From NCBI GenBank assembly GCA_044226015.1, contig JBGAHS010000006.1:512001-576000 (forward strand): a stretch of 64,000 nt of DNA. Reading direction: 5' to 3'. The notes beneath the pieces were generated by a model. It worked only from the letters and a program-made list of their open reading frames with translations. It made no database searches and had not been told where the DNA came from. How positions within the stretch are numbered: the first letter of the stretch is position 1; the number at the start of each line of letters is the position of its first letter. The translations under genes were made by a program, and so were the position numbers. Positions 39,412 to 48,712 of this stretch are shown here, piece by piece. This DNA comes from Candidatus Obscuribacteraceae bacterium. GTDB taxonomy: Bacteria > Cyanobacteriota > Vampirovibrionia > Obscuribacterales > Obscuribacteraceae.

Positions 39412-40374
39412 GTGAAGTTGCTGGACGTTCAGAATCTCTCCGTTATCTTTGAAACAGAGTCTGGAACAGCGCAAGCAGTTGATGATCTAAGCTTCTCGAT
39501 CGAACGAGGAAAAGTTCTTGGCATTGTCGGAGAATCAGGCTGCGGCAAATCAGTTACCACAATGTCCGTTCTGCGACTGATTAGCAGCCCAGGAAGAGTC
39601 AAGAGCGGAAAAATTATTTTCGACGGACAGGATTTGCTGTCATTAAATGAAAAACAGATGCAGCAAATTCGAGGCAACAAAATCGCCCTTGTGCCGCAAG
39701 ACCCAATGACATCACTAAATCCGGTTTACACGATTGGGCATCAAATTATGGAAACAATTTCGCTTCACCAGAAGGTGGGAAAACAAGAAGCGAAGAAGCG
39801 CGCCATTGAGGTTCTCGAAAAGGTCAGGATTCCTTCTGCTAAAACTCGAGTAGACAACTATCCCCACGAATTTTCTGGAGGAATGAGACAGCGCGTGATG
39901 ATCGCAATGGCGCTTTCCTGTGAGCCACAGCTTTTAATCGCAGACGAGCCCACCACGGCGCTGGATGTAACTGTTCAAGCTCAAATTCTCGACTTGATGA
40001 AAGAAATTCAAAAGGCGCAAGGAATGGCGATCATGATGATTACCCATGACCTGGGTGTTGTCGCAGAAATGTGCCATGACGTAGTTGTTATGTACGCAGG
40101 CTCAGCAGTCGAAACTGCAACAGTGCAAGACCTGTTCAGAAGCCCCAAGCACCCTTACACAGTCGGGTTGATGCAATCAATTCCAAAAACAGAATCGACA
40201 AGGTTGACCCCCATTGATGGGCAGCCACCAAGTCTGATCAATTTGCCTCAAGCATGTCGATTTGCTCCTCGCTGCCCGCTGCAGCAAGAGCAATGCTTGA
40301 ACGGTGTACCAAAGCTCGAAGAAAAAGAACCGGGCAGATTTGCCCGTTGTGTATTAGTGGAGGCCAAAGTATGA
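39412..40374 (+). CDS. oppD: Oligopeptide/dipeptide ABC transporter ATP-binding subunit
   Basis: GESGCGKS, YPHEFSGGMRQR, DEPTTALD, C-terminal CRFAPRC. Confidence 0.9.
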   Translation: MKLLDVQNLSVIFETESGTAQAVDDLSFSIERGKVLGIVGESGCGKSVTTMSVLRLISSPGRVKSGKIIFDGQDLLSLNEKQMQQIRGNKIALVPQDPMTSLNPVYTIGHQIMETISLHQKVGKQEAKKRAIEVLEKVRIPSAKTRVDNYPHEFSGGMRQRVMIAMALSCEPQLLIADEPTTALDVTVQAQILDLMKEIQKAQGMAIMMITHDLGVVAEMCHDVVVMYAGSAVETATVQDLFRSPKHPYTVGLMQSIPKTESTRLTPIDGQPPSLINLPQACRFAPRCPLQQEQCLNGVPKLEEKEPGRFARCVLVEAKV

Positions 40375-42020
40375 ACACCATGAGGATATTGACGACAGCT
40401 CAAGTTCGGGCGCTGGAGGCTGCCTGGATAAAGAACTGTCATGAGAACTGGGGCATGGTACTCATGGAATTAGCTGGACTTGGCGCAAGCAAGATGCTCA
40501 TTGAACTAATGGAGGGAATGCCAGCTTCCGTTACTGTCATTTGCGGACGAGGAAACAATGGCGGTGATGGGCTTGTTGTAGCGAGACACTTATTAAGAGC
40601 AGGACTCGACGTAAGTGTATTTATTATTGGTTCACCATCTTCAGTGGCAACAGCCAGCAGCGAAACACAAACAAACAAATCCATTCTCGAAGGCTTAGGC
40701 TTAGAAATCGAATACGTCACAGATAACGATCTTGACCCGTTAAAGAATTCAATTCTTGAAACCAGTGCAATTGTTGATGCACTGCTCGGCACCGGTATTG
40801 ACCGACCAGTTGAAGGTTTGATGGCAGAAATTATCGACCTCATCAACGAAAGCGGGCGCCCAGTTATGAGTATGGACATACCATCTGGTATCAACTCAGA
40901 CACAGGTCAAATTATGGGAACTGCAGTTCGCGCTGCTGCAACAGCCACCATTGGCAGTGTCAAGCCTGGCTTGCTCTGTCACCCCGGTGCAGAGAATGCC
41001 GGAGAAATTCGAATCATAGACATTGGACTGCCAATGCCTGATTCACTTCCTGAAGAACTCAGTGATGCCCTGCCACAATTAGACATACCAAGATGGTGGC
41101 TTGCAACCGTGTTTGACGTTCAAGATAAACTTCCTCCACGTGCTGCTGATTCTCACAAAGGTAGTTTCGGACAGATTTTATTAGTCGCAGGTAGCCTCGG
41201 AATGACAGGCGCAGCAATGATGTCCGCTAAGTCGAGCTTGAAGAGCGGTGCGGGACTCGCAATTCTAGCTACATCCAAATCACTTCTTCCAAATCTTCCT
41301 GCAGAAGAAATCATCTATAGAGGTTGCGCCGAAACAAGCGACGGCACACTCTCGAAAGAAGCTATGAAAACACTCGAGCATGAAATGGAACGCGCCGAAG
41401 TCATGGTCATAGGGCCTGGCTTATCCTCAAATGAGGAGACAATCGAACTTATCCAAGAACTAATCAGAAAGGTGCGTGTACCTTGCGTTATCGACGCCGA
41501 TGGGCTAAACGCACTCTCGAAAAACCCGAAGGTACTCACGGAAGCTGAAGGTGGTTTTGTCTTTACTCCACACCCTAAGGAGCTTTCGCGCTTGATGGGC
41601 AAAACAGTCAAAGAGGTTCAATCTGACAGGATCAGATCAGCTCAAGAGGCGGCAAAACGATTTGGCGCTACCATTGTGTTGAAAGGCGCTCACACAGTCG
41701 TTGCAACTCCTGACGATGATGTGTTTATCATCCCAACAGGTAACTCAGGAATGGCCACCGCGGGTAGTGGTGACGTACTTTCAGGAGTGATCGCCGGTCT
41801 TCTTGCTCAAGGAATGAATAGAACATGGGCAGCTGTAGCTGGAGCATACATTCACGGTGCAGCCGGCGATATCGCTGCTGCTGAACTTGGCGAAGATGGC
41901 ATGGTGGCACCAGACATAATGAACTGTGTTCCCATCGTTATGAAAATGCTTCGAGAAGGCATTTATCCAGGAAGCGAACTCGAACAAGTTCTTGCAGGAA
42001 TCGCTTCGTCTGAAGAGTAG
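40371..42020 (+). CDS. nnr: Bifunctional NAD(P)H-hydrate epimerase/dehydratase
   Basis: GRGNNGGDG, DALLGTG, DIPSG, HKGSFG, TPHPKE, MATAGSGDVL. Confidence 0.94.
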   Translation: MNTMRILTTAQVRALEAAWIKNCHENWGMVLMELAGLGASKMLIELMEGMPASVTVICGRGNNGGDGLVVARHLLRAGLDVSVFIIGSPSSVATASSETQTNKSILEGLGLEIEYVTDNDLDPLKNSILETSAIVDALLGTGIDRPVEGLMAEIIDLINESGRPVMSMDIPSGINSDTGQIMGTAVRAAATATIGSVKPGLLCHPGAENAGEIRIIDIGLPMPDSLPEELSDALPQLDIPRWWLATVFDVQDKLPPRAADSHKGSFGQILLVAGSLGMTGAAMMSAKSSLKSGAGLAILATSKSLLPNLPAEEIIYRGCAETSDGTLSKEAMKTLEHEMERAEVMVIGPGLSSNEETIELIQELIRKVRVPCVIDADGLNALSKNPKVLTEAEGGFVFTPHPKELSRLMGKTVKEVQSDRIRSAQEAAKRFGATIVLKGAHTVVATPDDDVFIIPTGNSGMATAGSGDVLSGVIAGLLAQGMNRTWAAVAGAYIHGAAGDIAAAELGEDGMVAPDIMNCVPIVMKMLREGIYPGSELEQVLAGIASSEE

Positions 42021-42060
42021 AATCTACTCAGCTGATTGAAATCTACATGGAGCAATAATT

Positions 42061-43077
42061 CTATGAAAGCGCAGGCTCAAGGTACTTCAATATACCTGCG
42101 CCGCAATCTAACTCGGCTTGAATGCCGATGGGCATCACATTATCAGCAGATGCCTGCCCGAATTTGAATCCAAAGCAAGCCGGCGTACCAACACCTTTCA
42201 ATCTATCTCCGAAAGTGTCCTCGACCGATAGCATGTTATCGGCTCCTCTGCCGCTACAAGCAGGAAAGCCACCAAAGGCGATGCCTGATACATCTGACAG
42301 AACACCAGCCAGATACAATGAAGTGAACCAACGATCAAGCAAACTATTTCGCTCAGTAAAATCATCAAGCAAGAGAACTTTGCTCTCGAAATCAGGTTGA
42401 TACTTTGTTCCAAACAAAGAGCAAAGCGAAGTCAAATTTCCCCCACAGACCTTTCCTTCGACTCGGCGCTCGCTCAACGAATAGGCAACCCCATTGTAGG
42501 CTGGCTCGCCCGGCACACGGCAATAAACAAGTTTCTCGGACTCTTCACCCATCAAAGTGTGGCGAATCGAAGTGAACGTATGATTGTCATCAATTTCATC
42601 AAGGTTCGAAGCATGAAATACAACGAGCCCTGTCAGTTTATTGACAGCAAGCAAAATAGAGTCGTTATCACCAGAGCCGATGAAGATCTTCGGGTTGTCT
42701 CTAACTTGTTTGAAGTCTAACAGTGGAAGCAGGCGCAAGGCGCCATAACCACCAGTAATACAAAACAGTGCTTCTATGGACTCATCTAGCAGAAAGCTCT
42801 GGATGTCATCCAGGCGTTCTTCATCTGTGCCTGCGCAGAAGCCGTCGTATTTTAGAACGTGCTTACCAGCGACTGGGGTGAAACCCATTTCCTCGACAAT
42901 CGCCATGCATTTGTTGAGGTCCGATGGGTACGAAGGTCTGCTGCCTGGAGCGATCAAGCCAACGCGTGAACCTTTTTTCAGTGCTTTCGGTTTCAAAAGC
43001 TCTGACGAAATTGCTTCTGTCGAATCGTCATCAGATTCATCAGAGTTCAATTCTAGCTTTTCAATTTCGTTCTGCAC
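42061..43077 (-). CDS. S66 LD-carboxypeptidase homologue with catalytic residues substituted
   Basis: AGTDEERL, GGYG, GGNL; but GSGD, LDDF and FGQ where GYSD, LED and GH are expected. Confidence 0.85.
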   Translation of the reverse strand: MQNEIEKLELNSDESDDDSTEAISSELLKPKALKKGSRVGLIAPGSRPSYPSDLNKCMAIVEEMGFTPVAGKHVLKYDGFCAGTDEERLDDIQSFLLDESIEALFCITGGYGALRLLPLLDFKQVRDNPKIFIGSGDNDSILLAVNKLTGLVVFHASNLDEIDDNHTFTSIRHTLMGEESEKLVYCRVPGEPAYNGVAYSLSERRVEGKVCGGNLTSLCSLFGTKYQPDFESKVLLLDDFTERNSLLDRWFTSLYLAGVLSDVSGIAFGGFPACSGRGADNMLSVEDTFGDRLKGVGTPACFGFKFGQASADNVMPIGIQAELDCGAGILKYLEPALS

Positions 43078-43097
43078 GTTTTGCCTTCGCTTCCAAA

Positions 43098-44069
43098 CTA
43101 AACCGTAGCCGACTCTTCAATCTTAAACTTCACTTTGCCACGAACCGCTTCAACAGTCGCAGTTACACCTATTGGCAGAGTGCATTGGTCAGACCCGTGT
43201 CCCAAACGCAAGCCATAGATAACAGGAATACCTAAATTTCCCAGACGCTCGCGAAGTACTTTCTCAACGCTTTTGTTCAAGGACAGACGAAGCCTTCCGC
43301 TTGCGCCAGGCTCGCATTGATAGCACTCGCCAACAACTATTGCTTTAGCCTTCTGTAGAGAGCCAGCCATCAACAACTGTGTTAAATAGCGGTCGATGCT
43401 ATGAGGCTCTTCATTAACATCTTCAAGGAAGAGAATCTTGCCTTCGGTGTCTATCTCAAATGGGGTTCCCAACAGTTGCTTAATCAGAGTGATGCAGCCA
43501 CCCACAAGTGGTGCCCTAGCTTTTCCCTCCGCTATCACCAGTCGTGGTGGCGGATATTTTGGCTTCCAGAGTTGCTCAGGAATTGGGTCGACGATCATAC
43601 CCAATGGTTTATTGGACATGAGCGCTTTCTGAAAGTAGAAGTGGCTATAGCTCGAGCGATAGAAGGAACCACCGAGAGGTCCATGGAAAGTGACAAGCCC
43701 ACAGCGCTGGTATATAGGATTGACGAGTCCGGTTAAGTCGCTATAACCGATGATGATTTTCGGGTTCTCTTTTATAAGATCAAAATCCAACTTTGGCAGA
43801 AACCTGCAGACGCCATTGCCACCACGCACTGGTATCACGGCAGAGACCTCGGGGTCTTCGAAAGCGTTGTGAAGGTCATCCAGCCGCTCGTCATCAGTTC
43901 CAGCCAGGTCAGAATAACTATTGAAGGTGTTTGCCCCTACCTTGACCTTGAGTCCAAGTTTATTCAGCCATTCGATTGAATATTCAATATCGCCTGGGTT
44001 CAGAGGCGGACTTGCCGGCGCTATAAGCGCAACGGTATCCCCTTTTCGCAAATGTTTTGCTTTGATCAT
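43098..44069 (-). CDS. S66 LD-carboxypeptidase (LdcA/MccF-like)
   Basis: AGTDDERL, RGG, GYSD, FHGP, LEDVNE, LGHG triad motifs intact. Confidence 0.92.
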   Translation of the reverse strand: MIKAKHLRKGDTVALIAPASPPLNPGDIEYSIEWLNKLGLKVKVGANTFNSYSDLAGTDDERLDDLHNAFEDPEVSAVIPVRGGNGVCRFLPKLDFDLIKENPKIIIGYSDLTGLVNPIYQRCGLVTFHGPLGGSFYRSSYSHFYFQKALMSNKPLGMIVDPIPEQLWKPKYPPPRLVIAEGKARAPLVGGCITLIKQLLGTPFEIDTEGKILFLEDVNEEPHSIDRYLTQLLMAGSLQKAKAIVVGECYQCEPGASGRLRLSLNKSVEKVLRERLGNLGIPVIYGLRLGHGSDQCTLPIGVTATVEAVRGKVKFKIEESATV

Positions 44070-44208
44070 GCCCTAATTATCAAATATTGGCTTCGGTTTT
44101 TGATCATTTCCAGCGAAATCTGCCCGAGCTTTAGCGAGCAACAAAAGCCTTATAATAATGAATCGATAAGTCGCAACCCGTCGGTTGCTAAGTGAGCGAA
44201 GTATAACT

Positions 44209-45384
44209 ATGGTCAGCGCAATTCCAAAAGAAGACGTAAAAGATAGACGTCTGGCATTCCTTTCTGAGTCCCAGAAAATCTGGCTGAAAAAAGCAGAAGA
44301 GTTTGCCGACAAAATTTCGCTAGAGGACGCAATCAAATCTGATACTACTAATGTATTCAGACGCGACCTCTTTGAAGCCGCCTGCAAAGAGGGGATGGGC
44401 GCACTGCCATTTCCAACTACTTATGGTGGGTCTGGCGGCGACTATTTGAGTTTCGTTGTAGTCAATGAAGAATTCGCTCGACGTTGCGTTCCTATAATGA
44501 GTTCACTTGGTGTACATGTGCTCTGCCAGGAACCAGTCAATCGCTTTGGTTCAGATGAGCAAAAGGCTAAGTACTTGCCGCCATCGGCAACTGGAAAATA
44601 TTTAGCTGCCTTCGGTTTGACCGAGCCAAATGCCGGTTCAGATACCGCAGCACTCGCAGCAACCGCTCGCATTTCAGGTGATGAGTACATTCTTAACGGC
44701 AGTAAAGTTTTCATCACCAGTGGTGCATCTTCGGACTATTTCATCGTGATGGCAAGATTGCTAGACTCACCAGAAGGCTTGCAAAATGAGAAATCGATCA
44801 CAGCGTTCATCGTAGAGAAAGATTTCCCGGGGTTTAAGATTGGACAGAAGTTCGACATGCTGGGAATGCGCGGATATTCAACTTGCGAGTTGGTATTTGA
44901 TGATTGCCGAGTTCCAAAATGGAATCTTCTCGGCAAGCACGGCGAGGGCAGAAAGGTTGCACTCTCAAGCCTGGCTAAAGGACGAGTAACCATTGCCGCA
45001 CAATGTACTGGCTGGGCACAAGGTGCTTTGGAAGCAGTAGTTCGCATGGTCAAAGCAGAATCATCAAGCAAGCACCGCGAGAGAATTCTTGGTCAAATTG
45101 GTGAGATGGCTGTAATGGTTGAATCAGCAAGAGTGCTCACTTATCAGGCAGCAGCAGCAATAGACCGCGGACAGAATGACATAGTTCTGGCTTCTATGGC
45201 GAAGATGCATGCTTCGGACGCTGCAATGAAGATCTCAACTGATGCAATGACATTGATGGGAATGCAATCTTCTGAACCCGATCATTTGCTTGAGCGCATA
45301 TTTAGAGATGCAAAAGCCGGACAAATATATGAAGGCGCTAATCAAATTCAACGAATGCTGATCGCTCGCGAAATACTCAAGTAG
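44209..45384 (+). CDS. Acyl-CoA dehydrogenase
   Basis: FGLTEPNAGSD, NGSKVFIT, GMRG, RDAK..QIYEG.NQIQR. Confidence 0.93.
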   Translation: MVSAIPKEDVKDRRLAFLSESQKIWLKKAEEFADKISLEDAIKSDTTNVFRRDLFEAACKEGMGALPFPTTYGGSGGDYLSFVVVNEEFARRCVPIMSSLGVHVLCQEPVNRFGSDEQKAKYLPPSATGKYLAAFGLTEPNAGSDTAALAATARISGDEYILNGSKVFITSGASSDYFIVMARLLDSPEGLQNEKSITAFIVEKDFPGFKIGQKFDMLGMRGYSTCELVFDDCRVPKWNLLGKHGEGRKVALSSLAKGRVTIAAQCTGWAQGALEAVVRMVKAESSSKHRERILGQIGEMAVMVESARVLTYQAAAAIDRGQNDIVLASMAKMHASDAAMKISTDAMTLMGMQSSEPDHLLERIFRDAKAGQIYEGANQIQRMLIAREILK

Positions 45385-45390
45385 GAATAA

Positions 45391-45789
45391 GTGGCTGAAT
45401 TCTTCCATAGTATTTTCTGGATATGCCTGGCGAAGGTAATTCTTGTGCTGTGGATGTTTGCATCTGGCGTTGCTTGCCTCATGGTTTTCAAAAATTCCAA
45501 GACATGGGAAAGACAGCTCGCCGTCGTGGAAACTGAATGTGACAGCGCACGCGACAACGCTATGCTGCAAGCTAGAGTAGCTCGGCAACAACTGCAAGAC
45601 TTTCGCGTCCGCTTGAGTAAGCGCCCAGACAAAGCTGAGATGGAAGTAATCGGAGACCTGGTAAAACAGGCAATGCCAGTAATGACGCTTCTTTTCAAGA
45701 AAGAAACGAGCCTCGTCAAATGGGGTTTAGCAGGAGCAAAGCTTGCAAAATCAGCTTTCGAATTCTTTTCGACGAGGCAGAGGAAATAA
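45391..45789 (+). CDS. Hypothetical membrane-anchored coiled-coil protein
   Basis: N-terminal TM segment, operonic position. Confidence 0.6.
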   Translation: MAEFFHSIFWICLAKVILVLWMFASGVACLMVFKNSKTWERQLAVVETECDSARDNAMLQARVARQQLQDFRVRLSKRPDKAEMEVIGDLVKQAMPVMTLLFKKETSLVKWGLAGAKLAKSAFEFFSTRQRK

Positions 45790-45834
45790 GTAGGGCTATA
45801 ATAAACTCTGCTTCAGCGTCCTATTGATGAACCT

Positions 45835-46794
45835 ATGCCTGCCAGTTTGGCTTTCAATTTTGAAACCTATCACAAAGAACGACGTGATCTGATTGAGGAA
45901 AAACTCAGTCAGTACCTGTCTGAGACAGAGCCAGCCGAGCTCTGGGACTCAATGCGGTATTCGGTTTTGTCTGGCGGAAAAAGAATTCGCGCAGTGCTCT
46001 GCCTGGCAAGTGCAGAAGCTAGCAGCCATTTTTTGAGGGACGCTTCTACAGAAACCGCGGCTGAGCTTGCTCTCCCATGTGCCTGCGCAATAGAAATGAT
46101 TCATGCTATGAGCCTCATACATGACGATTTGCCTTGTATGGATGATGATGATTTCAGACGCGGTCGACCCAGCAACCATAAAGTTTATGGAGAAGCCATG
46201 GCTCTTCTGGCAGGGGATGCGCTTCTTGTATATGCAAGCGAAATACTTCTGCAAAAGAGTTCAGACAGCATCGATAAGAAGCGATTAATTGATGTCAGCT
46301 CGCAGCTATTGATTGCAACCGGCGCAAAGGGCATGGTTGGCGGGCAAGTCTGTGATATGGCTGTCACCGGCTTAGGCAAAATAGATGCCAGAAGACCGGA
46401 AGAGCTTGAAACGATTTTGAGCAACATTCATAGAAAGAAAACCGGAGCGCTGATTCGTTTTTCAATTTATGCCGGCGCAGCTTTGATGAACGCACCTGAA
46501 GCAGTTCTAAACAAGCTTACCGAATTTGGAGAGTTGTTAGGATTTTCATTTCAAATAGCTGATGACTTACTTGATGTCACCGGAGATATAAAAACCCTTG
46601 GCAAAACACCAGGCAAGGACGAGAAGGCTGGAAAAATTACCTGGGTAACAGTTTACGGACTTGAAAGAGCTCAGAAAAAACTGAGCGAGTTGGAAGAACG
46701 AGGCAAATCTATTCTTGCCGAGTTAGAAATTCCTGCAGAAAAACTGCAAGCACTTGCGGCTCTGCTCGAATATGCGATTCATCGCAGCAATTGA
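45835..46794 (+). CDS. crtE: Geranylgeranyl/farnesyl diphosphate synthase
   Basis: GGKRIR, HDDLPCMDDDDFRRG, FQIADD, GKTPGKD. Confidence 0.92.
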   Translation: MPASLAFNFETYHKERRDLIEEKLSQYLSETEPAELWDSMRYSVLSGGKRIRAVLCLASAEASSHFLRDASTETAAELALPCACAIEMIHAMSLIHDDLPCMDDDDFRRGRPSNHKVYGEAMALLAGDALLVYASEILLQKSSDSIDKKRLIDVSSQLLIATGAKGMVGGQVCDMAVTGLGKIDARRPEELETILSNIHRKKTGALIRFSIYAGAALMNAPEAVLNKLTEFGELLGFSFQIADDLLDVTGDIKTLGKTPGKDEKAGKITWVTVYGLERAQKKLSELEERGKSILAELEIPAEKLQALAALLEYAIHRSN

Positions 46795-46810
46795 TTTGAG
46801 AAGGATTTAA

Positions 46811-47347
46811 ATGGAAACCAGTTTTGATATTTCTTGGCTACTTAATTCAGTTGCGTTGCAAGCGCAAATGAATGCGACAAGTTCAACACATTCCGATTCG
46901 AGAGGTTGGCAAGTAGTCGCTTGCACCTTCCTGGGCAGCATTCTTGCCCAGTTGGTAAAGGTTATCGGAAAGTTGATTACTCAGCGAAAACTAGACTTTC
47001 GTATGCTTGCTCAAACTGGTGGCATGCCGTCGAGCCACAGCTCATGCACCATGGCAATGGCAACGTCGGTAGGTTTGATTGACGGATTCAACTCAACAAC
47101 CTTTGCAATAGCACTTTGTTTGGCCTCGATAGTTATGTACGATGCCGCGGGTGTCCGCAGGACGGTCGGTTTGCAGGCTAAAGTCATGAACAAAATGATC
47201 GAAGAATTGTTTTCTGAACATCCTCACATCTCTTCAAATCGCATTAAAGAATTCCTAGGCCACACTCCTAAAGAGGTCATCGTCGGAGCAGTTTTTGGCA
47301 TAGTGATCGCGTATACCTTTAACTACTGGGCAACTCCGCGAGTTTAA
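46811..47347 (+). CDS. Divergent PAP2 family protein (DUF212)
   Basis: GGMPSSHS, VMYDAAGVR, E.LGHTP.EV..G. Confidence 0.92.
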   Translation: METSFDISWLLNSVALQAQMNATSSTHSDSRGWQVVACTFLGSILAQLVKVIGKLITQRKLDFRMLAQTGGMPSSHSSCTMAMATSVGLIDGFNSTTFAIALCLASIVMYDAAGVRRTVGLQAKVMNKMIEELFSEHPHISSNRIKEFLGHTPKEVIVGAVFGIVIAYTFNYWATPRV

Positions 47348-47800
47348 CGCGCTCAAATACTTTGCTACTCTCGCTTGGAAACCTTACTAAATAATACGAA
47401 TGTAATACATGACTACTGCTAATTTCTCTTGAACTGCTTTATAATCAAGAGCTTGAAAAGGGTTGTCAGAGGCAGCTCCTCATATAAACCACTTTAGTGG
47501 GGCAAGTACGGGGAGAGCGATAAAGAAGGTACAGATTCTTGTATCGTCGCCGCGGCGTGGACAAAAAAATCTACACCAGAGCGGGCCCCAACCGGCACAT
47601 GAAACAACTTCCACTTGGCAGTTGGCATGGAGACAGGGTAATCTGACATACGCAAAAAGGGCAGAGCTCTGTCTCAGCAAAACTAAATATCTGTCACCGT
47701 TTAATAAGTTCGTAATTCGTAGGTTCACGGTCTCGGAAGAAAAGGAGGAAAGGCAGTTAAGAGAGCAAATATGCAATCGAAATCCACTGCCGCAAACTAG

Positions 47801-48385
47801 ATGAACACAACGGTCACTACTACTACCGCACAAACAACCACCACAGCAGCGAAGGCAACTTCGCCACGTCGCTCAAGATTCCCTGGAAAAGAATCAGGAT
47901 CGGTTTCCTTCAACCTAACGGCTCTCGGCCGTCAGCTCTTGAAAGAACAAGCAGCAGCTTCAACCGTATCCAACGGCGACTATGTGGAAATGCTTATCCG
48001 CGAACGCGCAGGCCAACCACCTCTGAGACTTCCGTCTACCTCTAAGCAGACAGGTCCTAAGGGCGGAGCTAAATCTTTCTTCTTCGGAAAGAACAGAGGA
48101 ACAACAACCGCTGTTTGCGTAACCCCACTTGCACACCGCTTGTTGGATGAACAAGTTGCAGCATCCCGCATGAGCCGCGGTGATTATATAGAGTACCTCC
48201 TTCGCGAGAAGGCTGGCTTGCTCGATGAATCACTCAAGCTAGCAGCTGCTGGACAAGAACCAGTAATTCAGAACTTCCAACCAGACTCCGAGCCAGTTGT
48301 TGCTCAAGTTGAACAAGTAATTGCTCAACCAGCTCCCGCTCCCGCTCCAGTTAGCATCAACACTGACTGGTCATTCAACAGCTAA
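47801..48385 (+). CDS. Hypothetical protein with two ribbon-helix-helix-like repeats
   Basis: VSNGDYVEMLIRERAG and MSRGDYIEYLLREKAG duplicated units. Confidence 0.65.
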   Translation: MNTTVTTTTAQTTTTAAKATSPRRSRFPGKESGSVSFNLTALGRQLLKEQAAASTVSNGDYVEMLIRERAGQPPLRLPSTSKQTGPKGGAKSFFFGKNRGTTTAVCVTPLAHRLLDEQVAASRMSRGDYIEYLLREKAGLLDESLKLAAAGQEPVIQNFQPDSEPVVAQVEQVIAQPAPAPAPVSINTDWSFNS

Positions 48386-48437
48386 TTTCTGGCTGGTCTG
48401 AACCGGAAAAAAGAATTCCTCCTAAGGAAGAAATTCC

Positions 48438-48472
48438 AAGATGCATCGGATTATCCGGTGCATCTTTTTTTT
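48438..48472 (+). terminator. Intrinsic terminator
   Basis: aagatgcatcgga-tta-tccggtgcatct followed by a T run. Confidence 0.8.
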
Positions 48473-48481
48473 GGTTTTACT

Positions 48482-48706
48482 AGGAACCGGTGCGGACAGG
48501 ATCCGGCATAACCAGATTCGATGCCACAGGGATTCGAGCTAGCAGGATCCGATACCGCCAGGATCCGATACCGCCAGGATCCGGTGTCCACAGGATCGAA
48601 GCCGGCAGGATCCGTCGTCACCAGATTCGATGCCGCCAGGATCCGGCGTCAACAGATTCGATGCTACAAAGATTCGATGCCGCCAGGATCCGGTGCGGCA
48701 GGATTA
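48482..48706. repeat. Imperfect tandem array of ~14-15 units of 15-16 bp, consensus near GATYCGRTGCCGCCAG
   Basis: Units such as gatccgataccgccag x2 and gattcgatgccgccag x2 read directly. Confidence 0.85.
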
Positions 48707-48712
48707 GGTACC

